From positions 16,567 through 80,566 of the forward strand of contig JBAVEL010000186.1 of the NCBI GenBank assembly GCA_049587715.1: a stretch of DNA of 64,000 nucleotides. The letters are read 5' to 3'. Made by a program: the position numbers and the translations under genes. Shown piece after piece: positions 45,267 to 54,900 of the stretch. The stretch's first letter is position 1. Each line of letters opens with the position of its first letter. Source of the stretch: Bacteroidota bacterium (lineage in GTDB: Bacteria; Bacteroidota; Ignavibacteria; UBA10030; UBA6906). Below the pieces are notes generated by a model that saw nothing but the letters and a program-made list of their open reading frames with translations, was not told the DNA's origin and made no database searches.

Positions 45267-46616
45267 ATGACCCTATTCCCGGACAGGGAACTGACGGGGA
45301 AAGTCCTGAGGATCTCGGCGCCCGCCGTGGCCGGGCTCTCCTCTCAGATGCTGGTGTCGGTAACGGAAACGGCGATGGCGGGCCGGCTGGAAAACACTGA
45401 GGTCGTGCTTGCCGCGCTGGGGCTGGGTCTTCTGGCCACCTGGGCGGTCACCAGTTTCTTCTCCAGTTTTTCCACAGGCACGCATGTGCTGGCGGCCCGC
45501 CGGACGGGGTCCGGGGATCCGGAGGGCGCCGGAGCCGTTCTGAACAACTCCCTGGCCGTGGCGGCCGTTGTGGGGGTCGGATGCGGGGCCCTCGGCTTTC
45601 TTTTCTCCTACGACATCCTGGATTTCTTTGCCAGCGACCCTGCGGTGGCCCGGGCCGGGACCGCGTACATGCAATGGAGGTTCGTGGGTCTCGCCTTCTT
45701 CCTGGTGGTGGTTTCCTACCGCGGGTTCTTCAACGGCATCGGACACACCGGGGTCTTCATGATCTCGGCCATCATCATCAATTTCTCCAACGTCCTTCTG
45801 AACTACCTGCTGATCTTCGGATCCCTGGGATTCCCCCGGATGGGTCTTGCGGGCGCCGGGCTGGCCTCCGCCCTGAGCAACGCGGTCGGCGTCCTCTTCT
45901 TTGCGGGTGCAACTTTCCTCCCCGGCTACCGAAGGACCTACAGGTACTACCGCGCCCTCCAGCTCCGGACTCATGTGGTGGCTCAGATTGTCCGGATCTC
46001 GGCGCCGGTGTCGTTCCAGAACATACTGATCCTGGTCGGGTTCCTGGTGTTTGTGGCCGTGGCGGGCCGGCTGGGGACCCCCGAACAGGCGGCAAGTCAG
46101 GTGGTCATCTCGGCCCTGTTCATGTCTTTTCTTCCCTGCTTCGGCTTCGGGATCGGGGCGCAGACCCTGGTGGGGCAGAGTCTCGGGACGGGAGACCACG
46201 GCCTGGCGCGCCGCTACGGCATGGAGGCCGCCCGGCTGGCCACCATGTTCACCGTGGTGCTGGGGGCGGTGTTTGTCTTCTTTCCCGGATGGGTGATCTC
46301 CCTCATCACCAACGACGTGTCCGTCTCCCTGCGGGCGCGTCCCATCCTGCAGCTTGCGGGGGGGACGCAGGTGTTCTATGCGGGCGGGATCGTGCTGGCG
46401 CACGCGCTCCAGGCGGCGGGCGCCACCGTGTACGTCATGGTGGTGGAGGTTCTGACCCACTGGGTTGTGTTCCTCCCGGCCTGCTACGTCATGGGCGTGG
46501 TCCTCGAAGGGGGGCTTCTCTGGGCCTGGCTCGCCCTCCCTGTCTACATCCTTTCCTACACGGGGCTCATCTACGCCCGCTACCGCGGGACCGGGTGGGT
46601 GCGCATACGGGTCTGA
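45267..46616 (+). CDS. MATE-family efflux transporter
   Basis: 12-TM protein. N-terminal LRISAPAVAGLSSQMLVSVTETAMAGRL and repeated second half are typical of NorM/MatE. Confidence 0.85.
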   Translation: MTLFPDRELTGKVLRISAPAVAGLSSQMLVSVTETAMAGRLENTEVVLAALGLGLLATWAVTSFFSSFSTGTHVLAARRTGSGDPEGAGAVLNNSLAVAAVVGVGCGALGFLFSYDILDFFASDPAVARAGTAYMQWRFVGLAFFLVVVSYRGFFNGIGHTGVFMISAIIINFSNVLLNYLLIFGSLGFPRMGLAGAGLASALSNAVGVLFFAGATFLPGYRRTYRYYRALQLRTHVVAQIVRISAPVSFQNILILVGFLVFVAVAGRLGTPEQAASQVVISALFMSFLPCFGFGIGAQTLVGQSLGTGDHGLARRYGMEAARLATMFTVVLGAVFVFFPGWVISLITNDVSVSLRARPILQLAGGTQVFYAGGIVLAHALQAAGATVYVMVVEVLTHWVVFLPACYVMGVVLEGGLLWAWLALPVYILSYTGLIYARYRGTGWVRIRV

Positions 46617-46623
46617 CGGACGC

Positions 46624-48765
46624 ATGAAGATACGGCGATTCATAAGCGTCGGGTCCGCCCTGCTGCTTCTGGGGCTGGTTCTTGCCGCGGACGTCGTGCG
46701 CCGGAACGTGGACCTGGACATCGGGTGGCTGGGGGCGGTGAGAGACCTCATGATCATTGCCGCTCTGACCCTCGGCTCGGTCTCCCTGGACTCCACCCTG
46801 GCCCGGCGCGATGCCACCGCGGTGCGCCGGCTTGCCATCGCGCTGATTGCTACGGTCGTGACGGGCGTGCTGGCTGTCACGATCGCCCTGAGCGTGGATC
46901 TGGCGTTCGATGCCAAGGACTTTCTGCTCCTCCCCTTGAACTACCAGGCGCTGTTCGGGGCCACGGTGATTTCGACAGCCCTTGGCCTCTACGCCGCGCT
47001 CCTCCTCCGGATTCTGGTGGAGTTCGTGCTCTACAAGCGGCGCAAGGCCGCCCTGCGCATCCTGAGGGTCTTTCTCATTGTCGCGGCCGCCTCCGCCCTG
47101 CAGGGGTTCTTCTTGCGGCCTCTGGAAGCCGGGGTGGTCTCCGCCGTCCTGTTCGGTCTGGGAGCGGCGCTGGCCGCCGCCAACAGTTTCCGGCTCTCCT
47201 GGATCGTGTATCTTTCCCGCCGGGAGAAGTTCTTCAGTCTCGTGTTTTCGCTTCTGCTCTTCCTGGGGCTGCTGGGGATGAACGTGGCCCTGGCGGGAGA
47301 GGGTTCCGTCAGCCAGGCCGTCCTCTTCTGGTCGCACCCCGTGGCCCGGTTCGTGAGCCTGGTGCTCCTGTTCGGGAACATCTACTTCGGCATGGCGTTC
47401 GTCAGTGCCCTCTTCCATCTTCCCACCGCCGATGCATTCGACCGCAAGATCACGGAGGTCTCATCCCTGCATACCCTGAGCCGGCTGGTGACGCAGGCCT
47501 TCGATTTCGACAAGCTGGCGGGGAGCGTGACGTCCATGACGCTGCAGGTCTGCGAGGCGCAGAGCAGCTGGCTGGAGGTGATCCAGACGGGGGACCGGGG
47601 AGGACCGGATCCCCGTGCGGGGGTGTTTCGCGTGCGGGTTGCCGGGCTCCGGAACATCACGCCCGCCGAGATCGACCGTCTGTTCCCGCCGGAGAAAAGG
47701 GGCCTGCGGGAGCTGGTCATGGAGCAGCGCTCGCCGCTTGTGGTGGACGACGTGGCGCGGGACGAGCGGTTCGGCCGGGTGCAGAAAGCCGGGCTGCGGG
47801 TGGGCTCGCTCGTGATGGTGCCCCTCGCCTCTCACACGGGCCCCGTGGGGTTTCTCTACGTCACGAAGGATTCCGAGCACGGGTTCTTCAAGGACGATGT
47901 GGATGCCGTCTCGGCCTTCGCGGACCAGGCCACCATTGCGATCGAGAACTCGCGTCTCATCAGCACCTCCCTCGAGAGGGAGCGGCTCCTCAGGGAAATG
48001 ATGCTGGCCGCCGAGATGCAGAGGCGGCTTCTCCCCCAGACGCTGCCCCGGCTGGGAGCGGTGGAGCTGGACGCCGTCTCCACTCCGGCGTTTGAAGTCG
48101 GAGGAGACTACTACGATTTCCTGCAGCTCGATGCAAACCGCCTGGGGATCGTGGTGGGCGACGTTTCCGGAAAGGGGATCTCGGCCGCATTCTACATGTC
48201 GGAAGTGAAGGGGATCTTCCAGTCCCTGGGACGCCTGTACCCTTCCCCCGCGGAGTTCATGGTGAGGGCGAACGAGGCGCTGGGCACCTCGATTGACAAA
48301 CACTCCTTTATTACCTTACTTTATGCCGTTCTCGACGTCGCGTCGGGGACCCTCACGCTCGCGCGTGCGGGCCACTGTCCGATGCTGCATGTCTCCGGAA
48401 GCGGGGCCTCCTATGTGCGTCCCCCGGGGATGGGCCTCGGACTCAGCCGTGACGCCACCTTCGCCGCCACCCTCCGCGAACAGACCGTACGCCTGCGGAG
48501 GGGGGATGTCTGTGTGTTCTACACGGACGGGGTGACCGAGGCCCGGAAGGGGGACGAGGAGTACGGCTACGACCGCCTGGCGGGGGCCGCCGTCCGGGCC
48601 GCGGGGCTCCCCGCGGCCGGCATACGGGACGCGATTCTCGGGGACATCCGCGCGCATGTGGGCCAGCGGGTGAACGACGACGATCTTACCCTCGTCGTCC
48701 TGCGCTGGCGGGGGAATTCCGCGGCCGCCGTGACAGGTCACGCCCAACCGGAGGTTCGTCCATGA
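46624..48765 (+). CDS. Membrane-bound GAF + PP2C-type serine phosphatase (SpoIIE/RsbU family)
   Basis: Track ORF 46465 trimmed to MKIRRFISV. Multiple N-terminal TM helices. GAF-like middle region. C-terminal PP2C motifs GGDYYDF, VGDVSGKGISAA, FYTDGVTEA, DDDLTLVVL. Confidence 0.8.
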   Translation: MKIRRFISVGSALLLLGLVLAADVVRRNVDLDIGWLGAVRDLMIIAALTLGSVSLDSTLARRDATAVRRLAIALIATVVTGVLAVTIALSVDLAFDAKDFLLLPLNYQALFGATVISTALGLYAALLLRILVEFVLYKRRKAALRILRVFLIVAAASALQGFFLRPLEAGVVSAVLFGLGAALAAANSFRLSWIVYLSRREKFFSLVFSLLLFLGLLGMNVALAGEGSVSQAVLFWSHPVARFVSLVLLFGNIYFGMAFVSALFHLPTADAFDRKITEVSSLHTLSRLVTQAFDFDKLAGSVTSMTLQVCEAQSSWLEVIQTGDRGGPDPRAGVFRVRVAGLRNITPAEIDRLFPPEKRGLRELVMEQRSPLVVDDVARDERFGRVQKAGLRVGSLVMVPLASHTGPVGFLYVTKDSEHGFFKDDVDAVSAFADQATIAIENSRLISTSLERERLLREMMLAAEMQRRLLPQTLPRLGAVELDAVSTPAFEVGGDYYDFLQLDANRLGIVVGDVSGKGISAAFYMSEVKGIFQSLGRLYPSPAEFMVRANEALGTSIDKHSFITLLYAVLDVASGTLTLARAGHCPMLHVSGSGASYVRPPGMGLGLSRDATFAATLREQTVRLRRGDVCVFYTDGVTEARKGDEEYGYDRLAGAAVRAAGLPAAGIRDAILGDIRAHVGQRVNDDDLTLVVLRWRGNSAAAVTGHAQPEVRP

Positions 48766-49133
48766 GTGAATTCAGAATCGCACACAGGGAATCCGGCGAT
48801 GTCCAGGTGCTCGAGTTGCGGGGGTACCTGGATGCGCACACGGCACCCAGGCTGGAGGAAGCATTTCAGTCCCTCCTGGACGGGAAACGCTACCGGATCG
48901 TCGTCAACTGCCGGGACCTCTCGTACATCAGCAGTGCGGGCCTGGGAGTGTTCATGGCCTTCATCGAGGATGTGCGCAAGAATGCGGGGGACATCAAGCT
49001 CACCAACCTCTCCCCCCGGGTGTACAATGTCTTCGACCTTCTCGGATTCCCGATTCTCTACGAGATCTTCAAGGAGGAGCAGGAGGCCGTTGCCCGCTTC
49101 TTCGCCGCGTCCCGTGCAGGACAGGGCACATGA
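48762..49133 (+). CDS. STAS-domain anti-sigma-factor antagonist (RsbV/SpoIIAA-like)
   Basis: VLELRGYLDAHTAPRLEE..DLSYISSAGLGVF has the conserved phosphorylatable Ser in the SSAGLG context. Confidence 0.85.
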   Translation: MSEFRIAHRESGDVQVLELRGYLDAHTAPRLEEAFQSLLDGKRYRIVVNCRDLSYISSAGLGVFMAFIEDVRKNAGDIKLTNLSPRVYNVFDLLGFPILYEIFKEEQEAVARFFAASRAGQGT

Positions 49134-49567
49134 CCCTGCATGCCGCCGTGCCCGAACGGAGGATGGACATAGAGAGCCGCACCGAACGGCTGATGGAGGT
49201 CCGGGAGTTCGTCTCCTCGGCGGCCAGAGCATTCGGCTTCAGCGAAGATGAAGCCGGCAAGATCGCCCTGGCTGCGGACGAGGCCTGCACGAACATCATC
49301 AAGCACGCGTACGCCTTCGACCCTGCCCAGAAGATCGCCATCACCATCCAGGACGGGCCCGAGGCCTTCGAGATTCTCATCTCCGACAGCGGAAGGTACT
49401 TCGACCCGGACGCCATTCCGGCCCCCGACATGAAGGAGTATCTCTCCCACTACCGCCGCGGCGGGCTGGGAGTGTACCTCATGCGCGCCCTCATGGACCG
49501 GGTGGAGTACACCATCGTTCCCGGTCAGCGGAACCAGGTCCGCCTGGTGAAGTACCTCCGGCGCTGA
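49130..49567 (+). CDS. Anti-sigma regulatory factor Ser/Thr kinase (RsbW/SpoIIAB-like, HATPase_c)
   Basis: DEACTNIIKHAY N-box and GGLGVYLM G-box. ATGA overlap with the STAS gene. Confidence 0.8.
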   Translation: MTLHAAVPERRMDIESRTERLMEVREFVSSAARAFGFSEDEAGKIALAADEACTNIIKHAYAFDPAQKIAITIQDGPEAFEILISDSGRYFDPDAIPAPDMKEYLSHYRRGGLGVYLMRALMDRVEYTIVPGQRNQVRLVKYLRR

Positions 49568-49586
49568 ACCTCTTTCCTCCCCCGCC

Positions 49587-51329
49587 ATGAGCAAAGGCCG
49601 CACCGCACGCCCCCGCACCCCGGGCGACGAAGCCGGATTCAGCCACGACACGCTCTTCGAGTTCAGCAAGGTCGTCAATTCGGCCGTGGACCTGAAGTTC
49701 ATCCTGAGCCACGTCCTTCTCACCATTATGGGACGGCTCCTTGCCTCGCGGGGGCTTGCCCTGCTGACAGAGCCCGAGGGAGAGTGCGCCACCGCCATGG
49801 TGAAGGGGTTTCCCCCCGGCACGACGGATCTCCGTCTGCGTGTTGTACGGCCTCCCCGCTCGCTGCTTGCGGCTGGAAGGGGTGCGGGCCGTCAGAAGCC
49901 CTGGCGGCAGACGCTTTCCCGGTTGGGGGTGGAGCTGGTGCTCCCCATGTACGCCGATGACCGGTTGGCCGGCATGCTCTGCTTCGGGGGAAGGTTCTCC
50001 CGGGCGCCTCTCTCCCCGCAGGAGAAGACCCACCTCCTGGCCCTTGCCAACATCTCCGCCACGGCCATTCAGAAGGCGGACATGCTGGCCCGCCTGGAGG
50101 AGACCAACCGGCGTCTGGACGGGAAGATCCAGGAGCTGAACACACTCTTTGAGCTGGGAAAGGAGCTGAGCGCCGTGCTGGACCCCGAACGCCTGGTCCG
50201 CACGCTCGTCTTCTCCCTGTTGGGACAGATCGGAGTGAGCCGCTACCTCATCGCCCTGAGGCAGGGCCCCGATGTGCATGTGGCGGCCTCCCGCATCGAC
50301 GGGCCCCCTCCGCAGGGGGAGCTCCTCGCGTCGCTCCTCCGGCTGAAGGGTCCCCGGCTCCTGGCGGATGTGGTGCCGCAGAAGGGGACCGACGCGGGCC
50401 CCACCCTCGCCTCCGCAGGCCTCCAGGTTGCCGTGCCCATGATCACGCAGGGCGAGGCACGGGGCCTCCTCCTTCTGGGAGAAAAGCTGAGCCGGGAGCC
50501 CTACGGGCAGGCGGATCTGGAATTTCTCTTCTCAGCCGCGAACCTGGCCATCATCTCTCTGGAGAACGCCCGCCTGTTCCAGGAGGCGATCGAGAAACAG
50601 AAGATGGAGGACGAACTGGCCATCGCCCGGGAGATCCAGAAGGGGCTTCTCCCGAGGGTCCTGCCCGTGGTGGGAGGGCTGGAGGTGGCTGCCGTCAACA
50701 TCTCCTCCCGGCAGGTGGGAGGGGACTACTATGATGCCATCGAAGCGCCGGGTGGAAAATGCGTGTTCGCCGTGGGGGATGTCTCGGGGAAGGGGACTCC
50801 GGCATCGCTTCTGATGGCCAACCTGCAGGCCGCCATCCGCGCCCTGGTGCCGCTGGATCTTCCCCTGGGGGAACTGACCGCCAGGGCCAACGATCTGGTC
50901 TGCCGGAACACGGGATCCGATCGCTTCATCACGTTCTTCTGGCTCGTGATGCACCCCCCGACCCGCTCTCTCCGCTACGTGAATGCGGGACACAACTATC
51001 CGATGCTTCTCCGGCGCGACGGGTCCCTGGAGCGGCTGAGCCGCGGGGGCATGATCCTGGGGGTGCTTCCCTCTGCCGGCCCCTACGAAGAGGGGTGCAC
51101 GCAGCTTGACAGCGGGGATGTGCTGGTTCTTTTCACGGACGGGGTGAGCGAGGCCTTCGACCCGGAGGGACGGGAGTACGGGGAGGAGCGGCTCCAGGCC
51201 GTTGTGCGGGCCCGGGCCTCCGATCCGGCGGGGGCGATCCTGGATGCGGTCCAGGAGGATATCAGGAACTTCACCCGTGGCGCCCCCCCATCCGACGACA
51301 TCACCCTCATGGTGCTGAAGGCCGTGTAG
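49587..51329 (+). CDS. Cytoplasmic GAF + PP2C-type serine phosphatase (SpoIIE/RsbU family), second copy
   Basis: PP2C motifs GGDYYDA, VGDVSGKGTPASL, FTDGVSEA, SDDITLMVL. GAF-like N-terminal half. Confidence 0.8.
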   Translation: MSKGRTARPRTPGDEAGFSHDTLFEFSKVVNSAVDLKFILSHVLLTIMGRLLASRGLALLTEPEGECATAMVKGFPPGTTDLRLRVVRPPRSLLAAGRGAGRQKPWRQTLSRLGVELVLPMYADDRLAGMLCFGGRFSRAPLSPQEKTHLLALANISATAIQKADMLARLEETNRRLDGKIQELNTLFELGKELSAVLDPERLVRTLVFSLLGQIGVSRYLIALRQGPDVHVAASRIDGPPPQGELLASLLRLKGPRLLADVVPQKGTDAGPTLASAGLQVAVPMITQGEARGLLLLGEKLSREPYGQADLEFLFSAANLAIISLENARLFQEAIEKQKMEDELAIAREIQKGLLPRVLPVVGGLEVAAVNISSRQVGGDYYDAIEAPGGKCVFAVGDVSGKGTPASLLMANLQAAIRALVPLDLPLGELTARANDLVCRNTGSDRFITFFWLVMHPPTRSLRYVNAGHNYPMLLRRDGSLERLSRGGMILGVLPSAGPYEEGCTQLDSGDVLVLFTDGVSEAFDPEGREYGEERLQAVVRARASDPAGAILDAVQEDIRNFTRGAPPSDDITLMVLKAV

Positions 51330-51494
51330 GCCGGGCGCGTTGTTTCTGTCGGCCCGAATGGGTACATTCACCGTGGGAATGGCCCTTATCCGATGCATGG
51401 TACCCCTTCTTTTCCAAGGCGTTAGCCGGCCCGCTTCAGGTATTGCCGACGGGCCGCCGGCGCCCTCCCCCCGTGGACGGAGCACGAACAGGCG

Positions 51495-54077
51495 ATGAGC
51501 TACCCGTTTCGTTCCATCGAACCCAGGTGGCAGGCCTACTGGGAACAACAGAAGACCTTCCGGACGGAGGATCCTCCCCCGGGGACCCCCAAGGCCTACG
51601 TGCTGGACATGTTTCCGTATCCCTCGGGCTCAGGGCTTCATGTGGGGCATCCCGAGGGCTACACGGCCACCGACATCCTCTGCCGGTATCTGCGGATGAA
51701 GGGGGTGCGCGTGCTGCATCCCATCGGCTGGGACGCTTTCGGGCTGCCGGCGGAGCGGTACGCCATGCAGACCAACATCCACCCCCGGGTGACTACCGCC
51801 CAGAACATCGCGACCTTCCGGAGGCAGATCCGGATGCTGGGTCTCAGTTACGATTGGGACAGGGAGGTGGACACCACCCATCCCGACTACTATCGCTGGA
51901 CCCAGTGGATCTTCCTGCGGATCTACGACTCCTGGTATGACACCCGGGCTGGGCGCGCCCGCCCCGTGAGCACCCTGGTGGAGGAGCTGGAGAGGGAGGG
52001 AACCTGCGGCCTGGACTGCGAGACCCGTCTGACGGCCGCCGGCTGGCGGGGTCTGTCACGGAAGGAGAAGCACGACTTCCTCGCAGGGTTCCGCCTTGCA
52101 TACCTGGCGGAGGTTCCGGTCAACTGGTGCGAGGCCCTGGGGACCGTTCTGGCGAATGAAGAGGTGGATGAGTGGGCGGAGAAGGGCTACACGGTGGAGC
52201 GCCGGCCCATGCGGCAGTGGATGATGCGCATCACGGCTTACGCCGAGAGGTTCCTTGAGGATGCGGGGCGTCTGGACTGGCCCGCCTCCACACTGGAGCA
52301 GCAGAGGAACTGGATCGGACGCTCCGAGGGGGCCGAGATTCTTTTCCCTGCCGCCGGGACCGGTGCCCCGGTCAGGGTTTTCACCACCCGGCCCGATACC
52401 CTCTTCGGGGCGACCTACATGGTCCTGGCCCCCGAGCATCCCCTGGTGGACCGGTTTGTGGCGGCGGAGCGGCGTGCGGAGGTGGACGCCTACAGGGAAC
52501 GTTCCCGCACCCGGACCGACCGGGAGCGGGGGATGGACCAGGCCAAGACGGGGGAGTTCACCGGGGGATACGTGCAGAACCCCGCCACCGGGAGGCCCAT
52601 CCCGGTCTGGATTGCGGATTACGTGCTGATGGGGTACGGAACCGGCGCGATCATGGCGGTCCCCGGCCACGACGAGCGGGACCATGCCTTTGCCCTTGCG
52701 CACGGGCTCCCGATTCTGGAGGTCGTGGCGGGAGGGGACGTCTCGCGGGAGGCCTTCTCAGCAGACGGCACCTCCGTGGCATCCTCCAACGCAGAAGTGT
52801 CCCTGGACGGCCTTTCCAGCGTCGAGGCCAGGAAGCGCATCACGGCGTGGCTCGAGGCCCGCGGCCTCGGACACACCGCCGTGCAGTACAAGCTCAGGGA
52901 CTGGCTCTTCTCCCGGCAACGGTACTGGGGCGAGCCCATTCCCATCATGCACCTGGAGGACGGGACCATGACCACCGTCCCCGAGGAGCAGCTTCCCCTT
53001 CACCTTCCCGACCTGAAGCGCTTTCAGCCCAGCGGCACCACCGAGTCGCCGCTGGCGCTTGCGCGGGAGTGGGTGGAGGTGACGGACCCGGCGACGGGGC
53101 TCCGGGGCCGCCGGGAAACCAACACGATGCCCCAGTGGGCGGGATCCTGCTGGTACTACCTGCGGTTCATCGATCCCCGGAACGGAAAGGCGTTTTGCGA
53201 CCCGGCCCGGGAGCGGACCTGGATGCCGGTGGACCTGTACGTGGGAGGGGCCGAGCATGCCGTGCTGCACCTTCTGTATGCGCGTTTCTGGCACAAGGTT
53301 CTGTACGACCTGGGGCATGTGAGCACACCGGAACCGTTCGTGAAGCTCCGGCATCAGGGCATCATCCTGGGGGAGGACTCCAGCAAGATGTCCAAGTCGC
53401 GGGGCAACGTGGTGAACCCCGACGATATCGTGCAGGAATACGGGGCCGACGCCATGCGGCTGTTCGAGATGTTCATGGGGCCCCTGGAAGACATGAAGCC
53501 CTGGAACACCCGGGGGGTGGAGGGGGTGCAGCGCTTTCTGAACAGGGTCTGGCGGCTGTACGCGGCCGAGGACGGCTCCCTCCATCCCGACCTGAAGGAT
53601 GTGCCCGCCCCCGCGGAACTCCGGCGCACCTTCCATGCCACGGTCCGGAAGGTGGGGGAGGACATCGAGGCGCTCCGTTTCAACACCGCCATTGCCCAGA
53701 TGATGATCTTCGTGAACGAGGCGACGAAGGCGGAACTGCGTCCGCGGGAGGTGCTGGAGCCCTTCCTGCTCCTGCTGGCCCCCTTTGCCCCGCACTGCGC
53801 CGAGGAACTCTGGCGCCTCACGGGTCACGGGGAGAGTCTGGCGCGCGGGCCGTGGCCGGCGTACGACCCGCTCATCCTGGAACTTGAGCACCTGGAGGTG
53901 GTGGTGCAGGTGAACGGAAAGGTGCGGTCCAGGATCTCGGTGCGGGCCGGCACCCCCGAGAAGGAGCTGGAGGCGCTCGCCCTGGCCGACCCCGATGTGC
54001 AGAGGCACATGGAGGGGAAGCAGTTCGTGCGGGCGGTCGCGGTGAAGGACAGGATCGTGAACCTGGTGGTCCGGTAG
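51495..54077 (+). CDS. leuS: Leucine--tRNA ligase
   Basis: [22 protein letters not shown] (HIGH-type motif), KMSKS present (SKMSKSRGN), full-length class I LeuS layout. Confidence 0.95.
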   Translation: MSYPFRSIEPRWQAYWEQQKTFRTEDPPPGTPKAYVLDMFPYPSGSGLHVGHPEGYTATDILCRYLRMKGVRVLHPIGWDAFGLPAERYAMQTNIHPRVTTAQNIATFRRQIRMLGLSYDWDREVDTTHPDYYRWTQWIFLRIYDSWYDTRAGRARPVSTLVEELEREGTCGLDCETRLTAAGWRGLSRKEKHDFLAGFRLAYLAEVPVNWCEALGTVLANEEVDEWAEKGYTVERRPMRQWMMRITAYAERFLEDAGRLDWPASTLEQQRNWIGRSEGAEILFPAAGTGAPVRVFTTRPDTLFGATYMVLAPEHPLVDRFVAAERRAEVDAYRERSRTRTDRERGMDQAKTGEFTGGYVQNPATGRPIPVWIADYVLMGYGTGAIMAVPGHDERDHAFALAHGLPILEVVAGGDVSREAFSADGTSVASSNAEVSLDGLSSVEARKRITAWLEARGLGHTAVQYKLRDWLFSRQRYWGEPIPIMHLEDGTMTTVPEEQLPLHLPDLKRFQPSGTTESPLALAREWVEVTDPATGLRGRRETNTMPQWAGSCWYYLRFIDPRNGKAFCDPARERTWMPVDLYVGGAEHAVLHLLYARFWHKVLYDLGHVSTPEPFVKLRHQGIILGEDSSKMSKSRGNVVNPDDIVQEYGADAMRLFEMFMGPLEDMKPWNTRGVEGVQRFLNRVWRLYAAEDGSLHPDLKDVPAPAELRRTFHATVRKVGEDIEALRFNTAIAQMMIFVNEATKAELRPREVLEPFLLLLAPFAPHCAEELWRLTGHGESLARGPWPAYDPLILELEHLEVVVQVNGKVRSRISVRAGTPEKELEALALADPDVQRHMEGKQFVRAVAVKDRIVNLVVR

Positions 54078-54078
54078 C

Positions 54079-54900
54079 GTGGAGCCGAAGCTCTCGGTGG
54101 TGCTCACGACGCTCAACGAAGAGCGGAATGTTGAGCGGTGCCTCGGAAGCGTGCGGTGGGCCGACGAGGTCGTGGTGGTGGATTCCTTCAGCCGGGACGG
54201 CACGGTGGAGCGCGCCCGGGCGTTCACAGACAGAATCTATCAGCATGAGTACCCGGGCTCCAGCAGGCAGGTGGAGCGGGGCATCGGCTACGCACGCGGC
54301 CCCTGGATACTGGTGCTGGATGCCGATGAGGAGGTGACACCCCCCCTGGCGGCGGAGATACGGGAGACCCTCGCTGCGGACCCCGATGCGGCGGGATTCG
54401 ACATCCTCCGGAAGCCCTCCGCTTTCGGGCGGTGGATCGAGCACGGGGGGTGGTTCCCGGACTACCAGTTCCGCCTCTTCCGGAAGGACCGGTACAGGGC
54501 CAATCACCGGGAGGTGCACGGGGGGTTCGAGCCCCTGGGAAAAAAGGGGCGGCTGCGGCACCTTCTCCTCCACCATACCTACGAGACGATCTACTCGTAT
54601 GTGGGGAAGATGAACGACTACACATCCCTCCAGGTGTCCACGATGCTCGCGGAGCGTCCGGGGATCCGTGTGGTCCGGCGGGATCTCCTGCTCCACCCCC
54701 TCTCGCATTTCCTGCGGATGTACTTCTCGCGCCGCGGCTACCGGGACGGCTTCCACGGCTTCGTGCTGGCCCTTCTGGATGCCGTCTACACCCTGCTTCT
54801 CTATGCCAAGGTCTGGGAGTACGGCGAGCGGAAGGCCCGGCCAGAGGGCCCGCTCCCCCCCGTGACGAACACCGAACTGAACCGGCTGAAGCACCCATGA
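54079..54900 (+). CDS. Glycosyltransferase family 2 (LPS core-type), paralog 1
   Basis: GTG start. LSVVLTTLNEERNVERCLGSVRWADEVVVVDSFSRDGT and LVLDADE are the GT2 DXD region. Confidence 0.75.
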   Translation: MEPKLSVVLTTLNEERNVERCLGSVRWADEVVVVDSFSRDGTVERARAFTDRIYQHEYPGSSRQVERGIGYARGPWILVLDADEEVTPPLAAEIRETLAADPDAAGFDILRKPSAFGRWIEHGGWFPDYQFRLFRKDRYRANHREVHGGFEPLGKKGRLRHLLLHHTYETIYSYVGKMNDYTSLQVSTMLAERPGIRVVRRDLLLHPLSHFLRMYFSRRGYRDGFHGFVLALLDAVYTLLLYAKVWEYGERKARPEGPLPPVTNTELNRLKHP

